Positions 37,160 to 48,200 of a DNA stretch of 64,000 nucleotides are shown here, piece by piece (the stretch's first letter is position 1; each line of letters opens with the position of its first letter). Position numbers and translations under genes: made by a program. The notes under the pieces were generated by a model that was not told the DNA's origin, searched no databases, and was given only the letters and a program-made list of their open reading frames with translations. The DNA is from Ancylonema sp. (Eukaryota), in assembly GCA_050230475.1 (NCBI GenBank), contig JBFLGF010000109.1, forward strand, positions 1-64,000. The letters are read 5' to 3'.

Positions 37160-37622
37160 TGTTCTTTTTGGACCCGATTCGATCTCCGATGTGATGCTAA
37201 TCCGGATTAGTTCCGATGCAGCTTCGATCTAGGTTGGGGAATCCTAGCGCGTTAAGCGGGTACTGCAAATCGTGGGTGCGCGTTTCGTTTACTTAGGGTG
37301 CAAGTCTCCAAAGGAAAAACTATACAATTCAACCAACAATCGGTATTGAGCTTACGACCGTCTCATCCTCGATCCGGATCCGAGCCTAATCGGATCCAAT
37401 CCGGATGGCGTAGGAACGTATATCACCCAATCGGATCGGGCCCAATTGTGGGGGGGGGCAGGCGGGGGAAAGAAGAAGAGACAAAACAAACATTTTATTT
37501 TTTGGGGGTTTGGAGTCCTGTTTCCTCGCCACATTTGAGGCATATGAACCTTTTATTTTTTAGTCGATTTTCACCTCATGATCGGCGCCCCATCGCAAAT
37601 ATCCCGATCCCTTTCAACTATG
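37160..37622. mobile_element. Degenerate TIR-element remnant(s) with gatccg repeats, ending CAACTATG
   Basis: Clusters of gatccgga/tcggatc, end ttcaactatg at 37613-37622, and internal similarity to 37939-38273. Confidence 0.4.
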
Positions 37623-37938
37623 GTTCCAAAAGTAAGCGCGAAACAAAAAAACATTGAGGTTTTTAACTTTGATCACTCGCCAATATTGGAAGAAATGTAG
37701 ATGTCGTTTTCTTTGGGTCGTTTTACCTCAAACTGCCAAGAGCACACATCTTTACCACAAATGCACATAAAACATCATTCAAATGATAAAAACGTCAATT
37801 TCTTCGCCCCGACCCCCTTGAAAGATACCCAATTTCTTTCAATTTTTTTTGGGGAAAAGAATATGCTTTCAAACCACCCAAATACCACATTTTAAAAAAG
37901 GGGTGGACTTGCCTACTCGAATGTCGTAGTCCCCCAAC

Positions 37939-38273
37939 CATAGTTGGGCCCGATCCGATAGGAAAATTTCCGATCCCCCGTCGATTCGGATCGGACCCGA
38001 TCCGGCGCCGACCTGGATCGGAGGCGCCCCGTATGAGGTGAAAACAGAGGGGGGGGAAGAAAAAGAAACACCTCATATTGGGCACCTCCGATCCTCCGAA
38101 GTTCATATGCACCCTTTGTGGCGTAACCCACCCCAAAACGAGATTTTCGTTTTCGTTTTCCCCCTCGTTGGGCTCGGTCGGATCGGGAGATCTCCGATCC
38201 CACGCCAATCAGAGTGATGTCTGATCCACCGCCGACCCAGACCGGGGATCGGGATGGATCCGGACCAACTATG
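37939..38273. mobile_element. MITE with 18-bp TIRs
   Basis: Left end catagttgggcccgatcc; the reverse complement of the right end is catagttggtccggatcc (16/18 match). Subterminal gatcc repeats. No TSD. Confidence 0.8.
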
Positions 38274-38384
38274 CCTCCGTGTGTAGTATCAAACATTTTT
38301 TAAACCCTGCTACGCCTAGACCTTCGTCATAATCTTGACACCCCCCCTAAAAAAAACCGAATGCAAGCCTGCAACATAAGTGCA

Positions 38385-38446
38385 TACTCTATTGGTCACA
38401 CATAATGACCCTCAAATAATTACGAAAAGGGTGGGTCGGATCAAAT
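38385..38446. repeat. Dispersed repeat, inverted copy at ~63920-63983
   Basis: cataatgaccctcaaataattacgaaaagggtgggtcgg matches the reverse complement of ccgacccacccttttcataattatttgtgggtcattatg. Confidence 0.7.
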
Positions 38447-38534
38447 TGTTGATGTTGTTGTTTGTTTTTTTTTTTTGTTTTTTATTTTTTGTTTGTGTGT
38501 AATTTTTTTTATGATAGGGTTGGGTGATTCCTAT

Positions 38535-38986
38535 CGTAGTTGGGTCCCGGACGGTTCGGGGATCTCCGGAAGTGTCCGAGATGTGTCCGGGGCCCGGACA
38601 CCCTAACCAAACTCAGAGCTCCAAATATGCCTAAGTAAATCACGTGGGCGAGTGGTACGCGGCACGACAATTACCTTCTCCTGTGTTAGTATCATGTCGA
38701 GACATCATTGAGTGCTCATTTGTATTTAAACCAAGTCATGGGATCCCGAAAATTCATGTGAGTGAAATGAAAACATGCTATCTTTTTACTGGATCCCGGA
38801 CAATCCGGGAATCTCTAGACGCATCCCGGATGCATCTAGGCCCGGGCCAGTCCCGGACGCGTCTGAGATCCACACGTCCGAGATTCACGCATCCGGGATC
38901 CACGCATCCGGGACCCAAATATGCATACCATAATGTGATAATGAATTCGATAAATAATGAATATATTTATTAGTTTGCGAACTATT
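38535..38986. mobile_element. MITE-like element of the CATAGTT/tccggga family
   Basis: Left end cgtagttgggtcccggac, many tccggga/tcccgga motifs, and a degenerate right end gaactatt. Confidence 0.5.
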
Positions 38987-39915
38987 CTATTGGGTATGGG
39001 GTAAGATCAATTGGTGGTTCATTAGCTAATTTAATAAAGTTTTCAAATCCGGGTCATTACGTGTGGGAGGAAACCCAACCATCGATGCTTGCGCATGCCA
39101 TTGTATCGCTCCTTTGATACCCGGTTCTTGTGCGATTCACTATAACAACACATAATATACAAACTTCGCGCACCGCTGTGCAAATCTCAAGTATGTGGAG
39201 GTAGAATGTGTGAAGCTACATAACGTCTGTTCGATACTTGTTTGCGTATAAAGAGAAATATGATTTGGAGTACTAGGTCACGAAATACAACCAAGTTGTT
39301 CTGCAATCTCAATCGAAGCTTGCATTGACAATTTGATCATGCTTCAGTATAGAAGACACTTATAAAACAAGGCAGTGATCGGGAAACATCTTTTAACAAG
39401 TGAAGCGCCATCGTAGAAACGACGGGAAGGTAGATTTGGTAAGATGGATCGAAACTCGCGTCTGCAACACACGATGCATCACGAAATCGTGAAAGTCACG
39501 AGTCTTGGAAGGACCTCTAAACCATCTAGTCGATGGATGAATTGCAACACAACATAGCCAAATATTATCTCCACTCACGTTTTCTTTTCCCATAGTGTAA
39601 GCCGCAGGGCGAAGGTTTTCCCTTCCATAATTCACAATTGGAATGTGGCCCTCTGTAGTGTGTCATCCCTAGATGCATGAGCACTCAAAACTTCAATATA
39701 CATTGTCCACAACTTTTCGGTCCTATTTCTGATCCGACATGGTCATTGAATGAGCCGAGTCAATGGACTGATGAGGCCACCAATACTCAGTCACTTCAAC
39801 TGTATGGTTTGTTTATTTTGCATAGAGTTGGCTGTCCCGAGATGCATGAAGCACCTCTGTTTGACCTCTGAGGTGACTACAGATGTGGCCATAAATGTTG
39901 TTGAGGTCCTTCTCG

Positions 39916-41193
39916 CTATTCTGCAGAATCTTGTGCGACTTCTCTCTGATGTACTCTGCTGGTGGTGGCATGGGGCAGGATGTCTGGCATGACTGGGGCA
40001 GAAAGCCGGATGATGTATGCAATCAAATCTGCCGGTAGCGACGTCAAAAGTTCGCCAACACTCTTGTTCTCTTGTTTTGGCTTCGTGGCAGAACATTTGA
40101 CCAATTCAGAAACGTTCGTTGTCCTGCCCTGTAATACAGCAACGTCTTCAACTTAACAATCTCGGTAGCTCAAACAACCAAGACACAATGTGGACGATGC
40201 AGACACCTTTCCATCAGCAAGGATGTCTCGTACATATGCACTGACGAACACCAACGCAAGGAAAGCCGTTGTAGCAGCCATCCGGCCCAGCCAAAAGACA
40301 GGAGGACTTGTTACTGCATACTCTGATGTGGCTTCATCAAAAGACACAACATGATAACAAATTGCATCCGACATCTGGATCAGACACCTTGATCTGGAGG
40401 CCAGGGTACAGATGCTCATGTCACCTGAGATGAAGAAAGAAGGATGAGTTGCCGTCTATGGTAGGAGAGGAGAAGCGTGCGGACAGCATCACGGAATCCT
40501 TTAGGAAATCGGGCGTGGTTATTGAAGCTCCATGACAGCAAAGAGGCCTCCTCGACTTGCATGGTACTTGTGCGTTTGTCTTCCGGCCATGCGACCTTGC
40601 GATCGAAGCAGAAAAAGAGATCGTTGCACATTCATTTTTCGATTACACGAGGCCATGTTTACATGGCTTTGCAGAAGACATTGCAGACGAAAAAATTATG
40701 CTTGTCAAATATGAAATATACAACAGATCCGTTCGTGACGGGAGTAGCAAGACCAGTATGATGTGCATTTCTAAGTTTCAATATCACCAGAGCCTCGGTG
40801 ATACGGACTCACATATCTCTTGCTGACCACAAGTCGATTGGAGGATCCATTTACAGTAAAAGTCCATGGGTGCTCGACATAAGTATGCTGCGTATAGGTC
40901 TCCCCGGGACGGATTGTAGTATACAACTTCTCTTCGCCACGGTAGTTTATCCACCAAGTCTGAATGATTTTGTCTGTTTTGTTAGTGAACCTGATGGTCG
41001 CGGCGTTGGCACTTGGTTCACTCTTGACGATTGGAAATTGCAGCTGTTTACAAAGATCTGATATAAAACAGGTCTCTGCCGCAACATCAGGAGCAGTTTC
41101 CGGTGCTCTGTCTGTGGAAGCATCTCCGATAATCCTCCGGATTTGACTGCTAACGCGACTCAGTGTAGACAACAGATTGGATAAAAACACCAT
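39916..41193 (-). CDS. von Hippel-Lindau (VHL) beta-domain protein; 3 predicted exons, ~254 aa
   Basis: In-frame exons 41193-40813, 40595-40425 and 40128-39916. The VHL-beta pattern reads KSEPSANAATIRFTNKTDKIIQTWWINYRGEEKLYTTIRPGETYTQHTYVEHPWTF. The C-terminal helical motifs are FPKGFRDAVRTLLL and LPADLIAYII. Confidence 0.82.
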
Positions 41194-42272
41194 TGTGAGG
41201 GAGCACAGGAGGATGGTCAAGGGCAATGCTTGTGATATCTAGCACTCCACGAGCTGAGAACTGTTTTACGGGAAATACTGCATCCCAATCGCTTCACCAC
41301 AAAGTTCTCGAGCCCAGCCCTACTACCTAGTTATTTCCCGGGAATTCGCGAGGGAAAGTCCACTGAGACACGCCTCCAAAAATGCTTAGCTGCTGAAGCG
41401 CCAAATGAAGTCCCTCATTTGGCCCTCTTTGCCAAATGGCGCCATCCGGCTTCCGGTGTGAGTAAACGATGATTGACGTGGCAGATCGGACGGCTGTCCC
41501 GGCTTCGCGGTCGCAAAATCCAATGCGGAGAGCTCCGGTGCATTTTCCTGTCCACAGTTGATCAATGTTTTTCATTCGCACTGGACGTTGATCAATGTTG
41601 ACCAATGTTGTGGAGAACAATTGAAGTCCACGAGCAGGAGGAGGCCACGCAAGCACCCACCCTTGTCATACTTGTCACCCGGTACCTGACGCCCGTGTTT
41701 GAAAACCTTCAACATACGGTTTGCTGCCACGATGGATTCTATGAGTGGTGATGTGATGTGATGTTCCGAATCACAGGCTTCTTAACCTGACCTAAAAGAC
41801 AGGGTAAAGACCTAACAGGGCTTGTCAGTCCTACCGGGAGCGTGACCGTCACGTGCGGACAAATTCACTGGTGATGAGCCTGACGGAGCCTATGCCTATG
41901 AGCCTATGGAGGCTTTCAGGCAATGGCCCCGGACCGCTCCAGGGCGCGACGTCTTGGAATTTGAAGTCAAACAAAAGCGCGCCCGCTCGATAGCATCGTT
42001 GGATTTAGTTTGTGTGAGCTGAAACTCATATCGTAGGATCTGGATCAAACTATCAGTATCATACAGTCATCACGACTTGCTCGCATCTGTAGCGAAACCA
42101 GGGAAACAGTTCTCTCGCTGCACAGTTCTCAGTAATCTGTAGAGTTCCGGAATAAAAATTGCTACTTTCACTGTACACCGTTGCAGTAGGGGCAGAGAAG
42201 TACCTGCACATGTAGACAACTACCAGACAGTAGGAGATATAGTATCCTCGTATGCACGTTGGCTGCACAGAT
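41194..42272. promoter_or_regulatory. Short divergent intergenic region shared by the VHL-domain and ACCase genes
   Basis: Head-to-head start codons ~1.1 kb apart with no recognisable transposon between them. ACGT-core motifs are at 41474 and 41849. Confidence 0.4.
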
Positions 42273-45200
42273 ATGTCTTCTGACCGAGTCCCGCTGCAGT
42301 CGGCTTCTGATAGTGTTCCTGAAGGTACATTGCCGTACTCGACACCTGCGGGCCACAGTAGCGTGGCAGCTGGCGACAGCAATGGCACTACGCCAGCTGG
42401 CAGATCCGCAGTGGTGGCCAAGATCACCGCGTACTGCCGTGCCATGGGCGGTCACCGACCAATTCGGAGTATTCTCATCGCGAACAACGGTATCGCAGCT
42501 GTGAAGTGCATTCGAAGCATCAGGTTTTAAACTTATCTCAAACTCATATGACTGTATGTCCTGAAATACCCGCTCTACATCGTTACACCGGACCTGATAA
42601 TGGTGACCTATAAAAGCACCTTTCAACTGAAGAGCGACAGCTGATCAGCTGAAGGGTGGCGGAATCCGAATATGTGAGCTTAGTCATCAGAACCTTCCCG
42701 GAATTTTCTCCACCCTCCAGCCTTACCTAGAAGCCTAGTGGGAGTACTGAAGCACCAGAAAAACAATTCAATTCCTACCAAAATCTGGTCTCTGTTCCTC
42801 TACATGCGCTATATCACACCTTCAAAGCTCGGATCTGCCTCGAATCCGACTCGGATTCGATTCGAATCTACTCGGATACGACTTGGATCTGACTCGAATA
42901 CAACTTCCCTGAATAGAGTCTCCATTCTGGGATGGTACTGCCTAGAAAAATGGTACTGCCTGTAGAATCCGCCTTTTTCTGCACAACTCGCAAATTTGTT
43001 AGTCTACTGGTTTTGACCTCCTAAGCGCGCTGTTAGATACCCTCAGCATTATTACCAAACGCGTACAGGCATCCTCACCGCTCATTCTGACAAAAAACAA
43101 CACGAGAAAAAAAAAAAACACACAAAAAAACAAAAAACACCAAACACACGCGTTAAGAAGTATGTGTATCTGTATTTGCATTAGGAACAACATAGCCTTG
43201 TCTGTAGTAAATGTTTCCATGTGGGTGTACACCATCATGGACACTCATATGTGCTTAATAATTACCCACTTATGTCTATCCACCTAAACTGTGTAAACTT
43301 AAATCTACCTAACTAAAGATAAATATCTTTCATTTCAGTTAGAGAGGTATGCAGTTAGAGGGTCATGCAGTCAGTAAGGTAGAAGCTATACTGGGTCCTG
43401 GAGTTAGATAGGAGGTTTGTGATGCTGTTAGAGGGGACAATCTTTTTTACGGAATGCAGTTAGAGGGGTAACACTGCATACATATGTACATAAATATTCC
43501 CATAGACGTGCATATTTCAAACATATGCACTAGTAAATGAATGTACATGTACGAATTGGCAAAGATCATATGTATATGAAATTTTTCTTAAACACACATG
43601 TACATGCACAATATCTACGCATGTATACACATGTCTGCCTACATTTATGTACATGTATGTATTTTGCATGTATGTATGTGCATATTTGCTTGTCTACACA
43701 TGCATACATACATACATACGTTTGTGCATGTATCCACACAAAGCACACCGGCATATACCATACAAGAAGTACCTCTATCTCTCTAAGTAATAACTCAGAC
43801 AATAATGTTCACCCCAGCTGTTTTTTTTGTTTTTTATTAGTTGCCCCCACCCCAGCCCATCGAAAATATTAATTGGGCAACCAGTCAACAGGACCTATCA
43901 AGTCTTCCAAACAACAAAGGCCACATGCAGAAAGTAGACCGAAAGCGAACAAGTGGTGTCTCAGAGTCGCTCAAGTTCAAATTCTGACGTGTGCGATGTG
44001 GCTCAAAAAGTAGTTCAAAATTCATCTCTGTCTTCCCCCCCCTCCCCCCCCCCCCCCCCCCTCCCCCCCTCTCTCTCTCCCCCTCTCAAAAACACATGTA
44101 AAACAGAAGCAGAATAATAAAATATGAAACAGAAACATGTACACAAACAACTACCCCTTCATTCCCACCTCCCCCTTCCTTCAATATACCCCCCCCCACA
44201 CCCCCCCAACCCCCCGTCCGCCCCCCCCCAGATCCTGGGCCTACGCCACCTTTGGGGAGGAGCGCGCCGTCCTATTGGTCGCCATGAGCACACCAGACGA
44301 CCTGCTGGCAAACGCAGAACACATTCGGATGGCGGATCAGTTCGTGGAAGTGCCGGGGGGAACCAACAACCATAACTACGCAAACGTGCAGCTCGTAGTG
44401 GAGGTTGGGGGGGGGGTTGGGGGGTGGGGCCGGGGGGGGGGAAGGAGATTTGGGGTGCAAACCCCTAAATCATGGTGGGCTCAGGTAGGGTTTTTTGGGC
44501 GAGGTAGTGGTGAACACCTGTCGTGTCTTCGCGCGCCCCCCTACAGGTGGCAGAGAGGACAGGTGTCGACGCTGTGTGGCCCGGATGGGGCCACGCGTCA
44601 GAGAACCCAGAGCTTCCGGAAGCCCTCGAGGCCCGTGGGATCGCCTTCCTGGGCCCGCCAGGTGGCGCCATGGCAGCCCTCGGCGACAAAATCGGATCCT
44701 CCCTCATCGCTCAGGCTGCCTCCCTCCCCACCCTCCCCTGGAGTGGGTCCCACGTGAGAATCCTCCCCCCCCCCCCACACCCCCTGCCCGGTGACGGCGC
44801 GCCAGCTGTCCCCCCCCCCCCCGACTGACCCCTTTGGGCCCGCTTCTGCCACGTGTCGCGTTGCAGGTGCGCCTGGTGGACGGCAGCTCCCCCATCCCCA
44901 AGAGCCTCTACCATCGGGCGTGCGTCCACACGGTGCAGGAGGCGGTTGCCAGCTGTCAGGCCGTGGGGTACCCTGCGATGATCAAGGCCAGCTGGGGGGG
45001 CGGGGGGAAGGGGATCCGGGAGGCGCATAACGAGGAGGAGGTTGGGGCGCTGCTGCGGCAGGTGCAGGGGGAGGTGCCGGGGTCGCCCGTGTTTGTTATG
45101 AAGGTTGCCAGCCAGAGCCGCCACCTGGAGGTACAGCTGGTGGCGGACAGGTTCGGACAGGTGGCGGCGCTGCATTCGAGGGACTGTTCCATACAGAGGA

Positions 45201-48200
45201 GGCATCAGAAGGTGGGGGGGGGGGGGGGGGGAGGGAGGGGGAGAATGGGGGGAGGGAGGGCCTGAGAAATTTGGGGAGGGGGGGAGAAAGGGAAGGAGGG
45301 GGGGTGGGAGTAGAGTGGCGGTTAACCCTTCACCCTTCTACCTGGGAGGTTAAAACCCTCCCAAAATTAGGGTTAATACCCTGATACAGCCTGACAACCC
45401 TAGGGTTAGTCAGGGTTAATCGGGGTTGATCAGGGTTATTTCAGGGCTAATTTCGCCGCTGGGATGGAATGAATTCGAAGTACTAATTCTGAGTGCACTT
45501 CTTCTTTGTTCAGATCATAGAAGAAGGTCCCATCACAGTGGCTCCCGCGTCCACAGTGCGTCGTCTGGAGGAGGGTGCCTGTAGGCTGGCCAGGAGTGTG
45601 GGGTATGTGGGGGCGGCAACAGTGGAGTACTTATTCTCAATGGACACCGGGGAGTACTACTTTCTGGAACTCAACCCGAGGCTACAGGTGGGGGGGGGAG
45701 GAGAGGGGGGCTGGGGGGGGGGGATAGGGGATAGGGTCACTTGGGAAATGAGGCGGGAAAGAGGAGGCGGGGTGAGGGGTGTCGCTGACGTGGCAGGTTT
45801 TGTTGGTGTGTGCTGACGTGGCATCCAGGTGGAGCATCCAGTGACAGAGTGGATCGCGGGCGTAAACCTACCTGCGCTGCAGCTGTGTGTGGGGATGGGG
45901 ATACCTCTGTACAAGATGCCAGGTCAGCATACGGGGGTGGGGTGGGGTTCAGGGCACAGGGAGGGAGAGGAAGAAACCCTAAAATCGGCACCCAATAAGT
46001 AGAGCAAATAAGACTTATTTGAGCCCAAACTGTACTGATTTCAGTCTAAGCCGAAAACAGGAATCTCACCTTCATACCCAAAACCAAACCCCTGCCTCCC
46101 CTGCTAACCCTAACAACCCTGAAAACCCCCAAAACCCTAAAGACCCTGAAAACCTCAAAAACCACCACTCGGCCCGCCACATGTCACCTCCCTTCCTCTC
46201 CTACCCCTCCTCTTCAAATGTCACAAGAGGAATCTCCAAAATGTATCATCCCCCCCCTCCCCCCTTCCCCCCCATCCCCCCCAGAACTCCGTCGCCTTTT
46301 TGGTCAGCCCTACGGGGGCCCTCTGGAGGCGTGGGTGCAATCCGCCCAGCATGGCCTGCCGTTCGACCCGGAGAGCGTGCCAGCTGTCCAACCGAGGGGC
46401 CACGTGGTGGCCGTGCGGGTGACCAGCGAGGACCCGGACGACGGGTTCAAGCCAACCAGCGGACGGGTGGAGGTCGTAGCCTGAACCCTAAACCCCAAAA
46501 AAAAAAAAAAAAAAACTGGAAAACTCGAAATCCCGGAATCTCAAGAAACCTGGAGAAGCTGGAAAAGGTCAAAACCGTAGGGGATGGTTTCCCCCCCCCC
46601 CCTGTCTCCACCCACACTGAAGTAGGGGTGTTGTTGGGGACTTGGGGATCTGGTTTTTTTTTTTTTGGGTGTTTCAGGAGCTGAGTTTCCGAGGCAAACC
46701 GGACGTGTGGGCCTACTTCTCAATCAAGGTAAACGGGAGAGAATAGGGGGGGGGAAATGGACAGGTGGCAACTCGAGATTTGTCTGAGCACCTCTCCTCA
46801 TTCCCTCCCCCTCTCGCCCCTCTGCAGTCCGGGGGAGGCATCCACGAGTTCTCTGACTCCCAATTCGGTACACCTTCGTTCTGGTACCACCTCGGAAATT
46901 AAAAAAACCATCAAACGATAGCCGAATAAATAACCAACCCAGTGGTCGGCGGGCGCCCCCTGTGGGTCCCACGTGCATCCGCCAGCTGGCAGCGCGGCAG
47001 CGCGTTAAGCGGCAGTGGAGGGGGGGGGTGGGGTGGGTGGGTCGGTTTCAGGTCACCTGTTTGCCTTTGGAGAGACCAGGGGGGCTGCGATTGCGAATAT
47101 GGTTCTCACCCTGAAAGACCTCCATATCCGGGGGGAGATACGCACAAACGTGGACTATGCAGTGGACCTGTTACGGGTAACCGGGGGGGGGAGGGATGGG
47201 GGATGGGAACAGAGGAGAGGGGCGGGGGAAGGGGAAACTGGGGGCAGGGGGGTTTATTGGGTACAGTAGAAACTGTCTAAATCGATACTGTGTAAACTTA
47301 TACCCTGTCTGATTCAATGAATACATATTTCGCGGGACTTTGGGATTTCACCTATAAAAACTGACTTGAAAATTTCAAACCCGTCTGAATTAATGAGCAT
47401 AGATTCTGGGTCGACAACAGGCAGGTTTCACTGGACGGGGAAAAACCCGAGGGTCTATCTGGGCGGTTCAGGCTCCAGAATATGTTGATAACCGCATTCA
47501 CACGGGTTGGCTCGATACCCGGATTGCCATGCGGGTGCGAACAGAGAAACCGCCGTGGCACGTGTCTCTGCTAGGGGGGGCGCTGCATGTGAGGGCGGGG
47601 GGGAAGGGGGGGGGGGGGGTTGGATGGGGGAGTAGGCTGATGGGGTTGGGGGTTGGGGGTTGGGGTGACGTCAGACGTCTGCGCGCGTGACAGCTGGCAG
47701 GGTGTCCGAATACATTGGGTACCTGGAGAAAGGGCAGATCCCGCCCAAGGTACAGCGCCAAAGGCCAGGGGGGAGAAGGGGAGAGGGGGGGAGTACCGGT
47801 TCTGATTTGGGATGGCGGGGAGGGGGGAGGGTGCAGACCCTTTCTCTCGTCCATTTCGAGGTGTCCCTCAACATCGACGGCAACAAATACACGGTAAAAT
47901 GGGCGGGAGAGGGGGGGGAGGTGCTGGAGTGGTGTCCAGGTGTATGACGCCACGTGTCCGGGTTTGGTTGTCAGGTGGAGTTGACCCGTCGCGGCCCCCA
48001 CCGTTTCCTGGTGTCCCTCAACGCCTCCCGCGTGGAGGTTGGGGTGCACCCCTTGCGTGACGGAGGTTGGCTCATGCAGCTGGACGGCAGCAGCCACGTG
48101 GTGTATGCGGAGGAGGAGGGGAACGGGACCAGGCTGCTTATTGGGGGGAGGACGTGTCTGCTGCAGGTGGGGGGGTGGGCAGGGTGGGGGGTGGGGGGGT

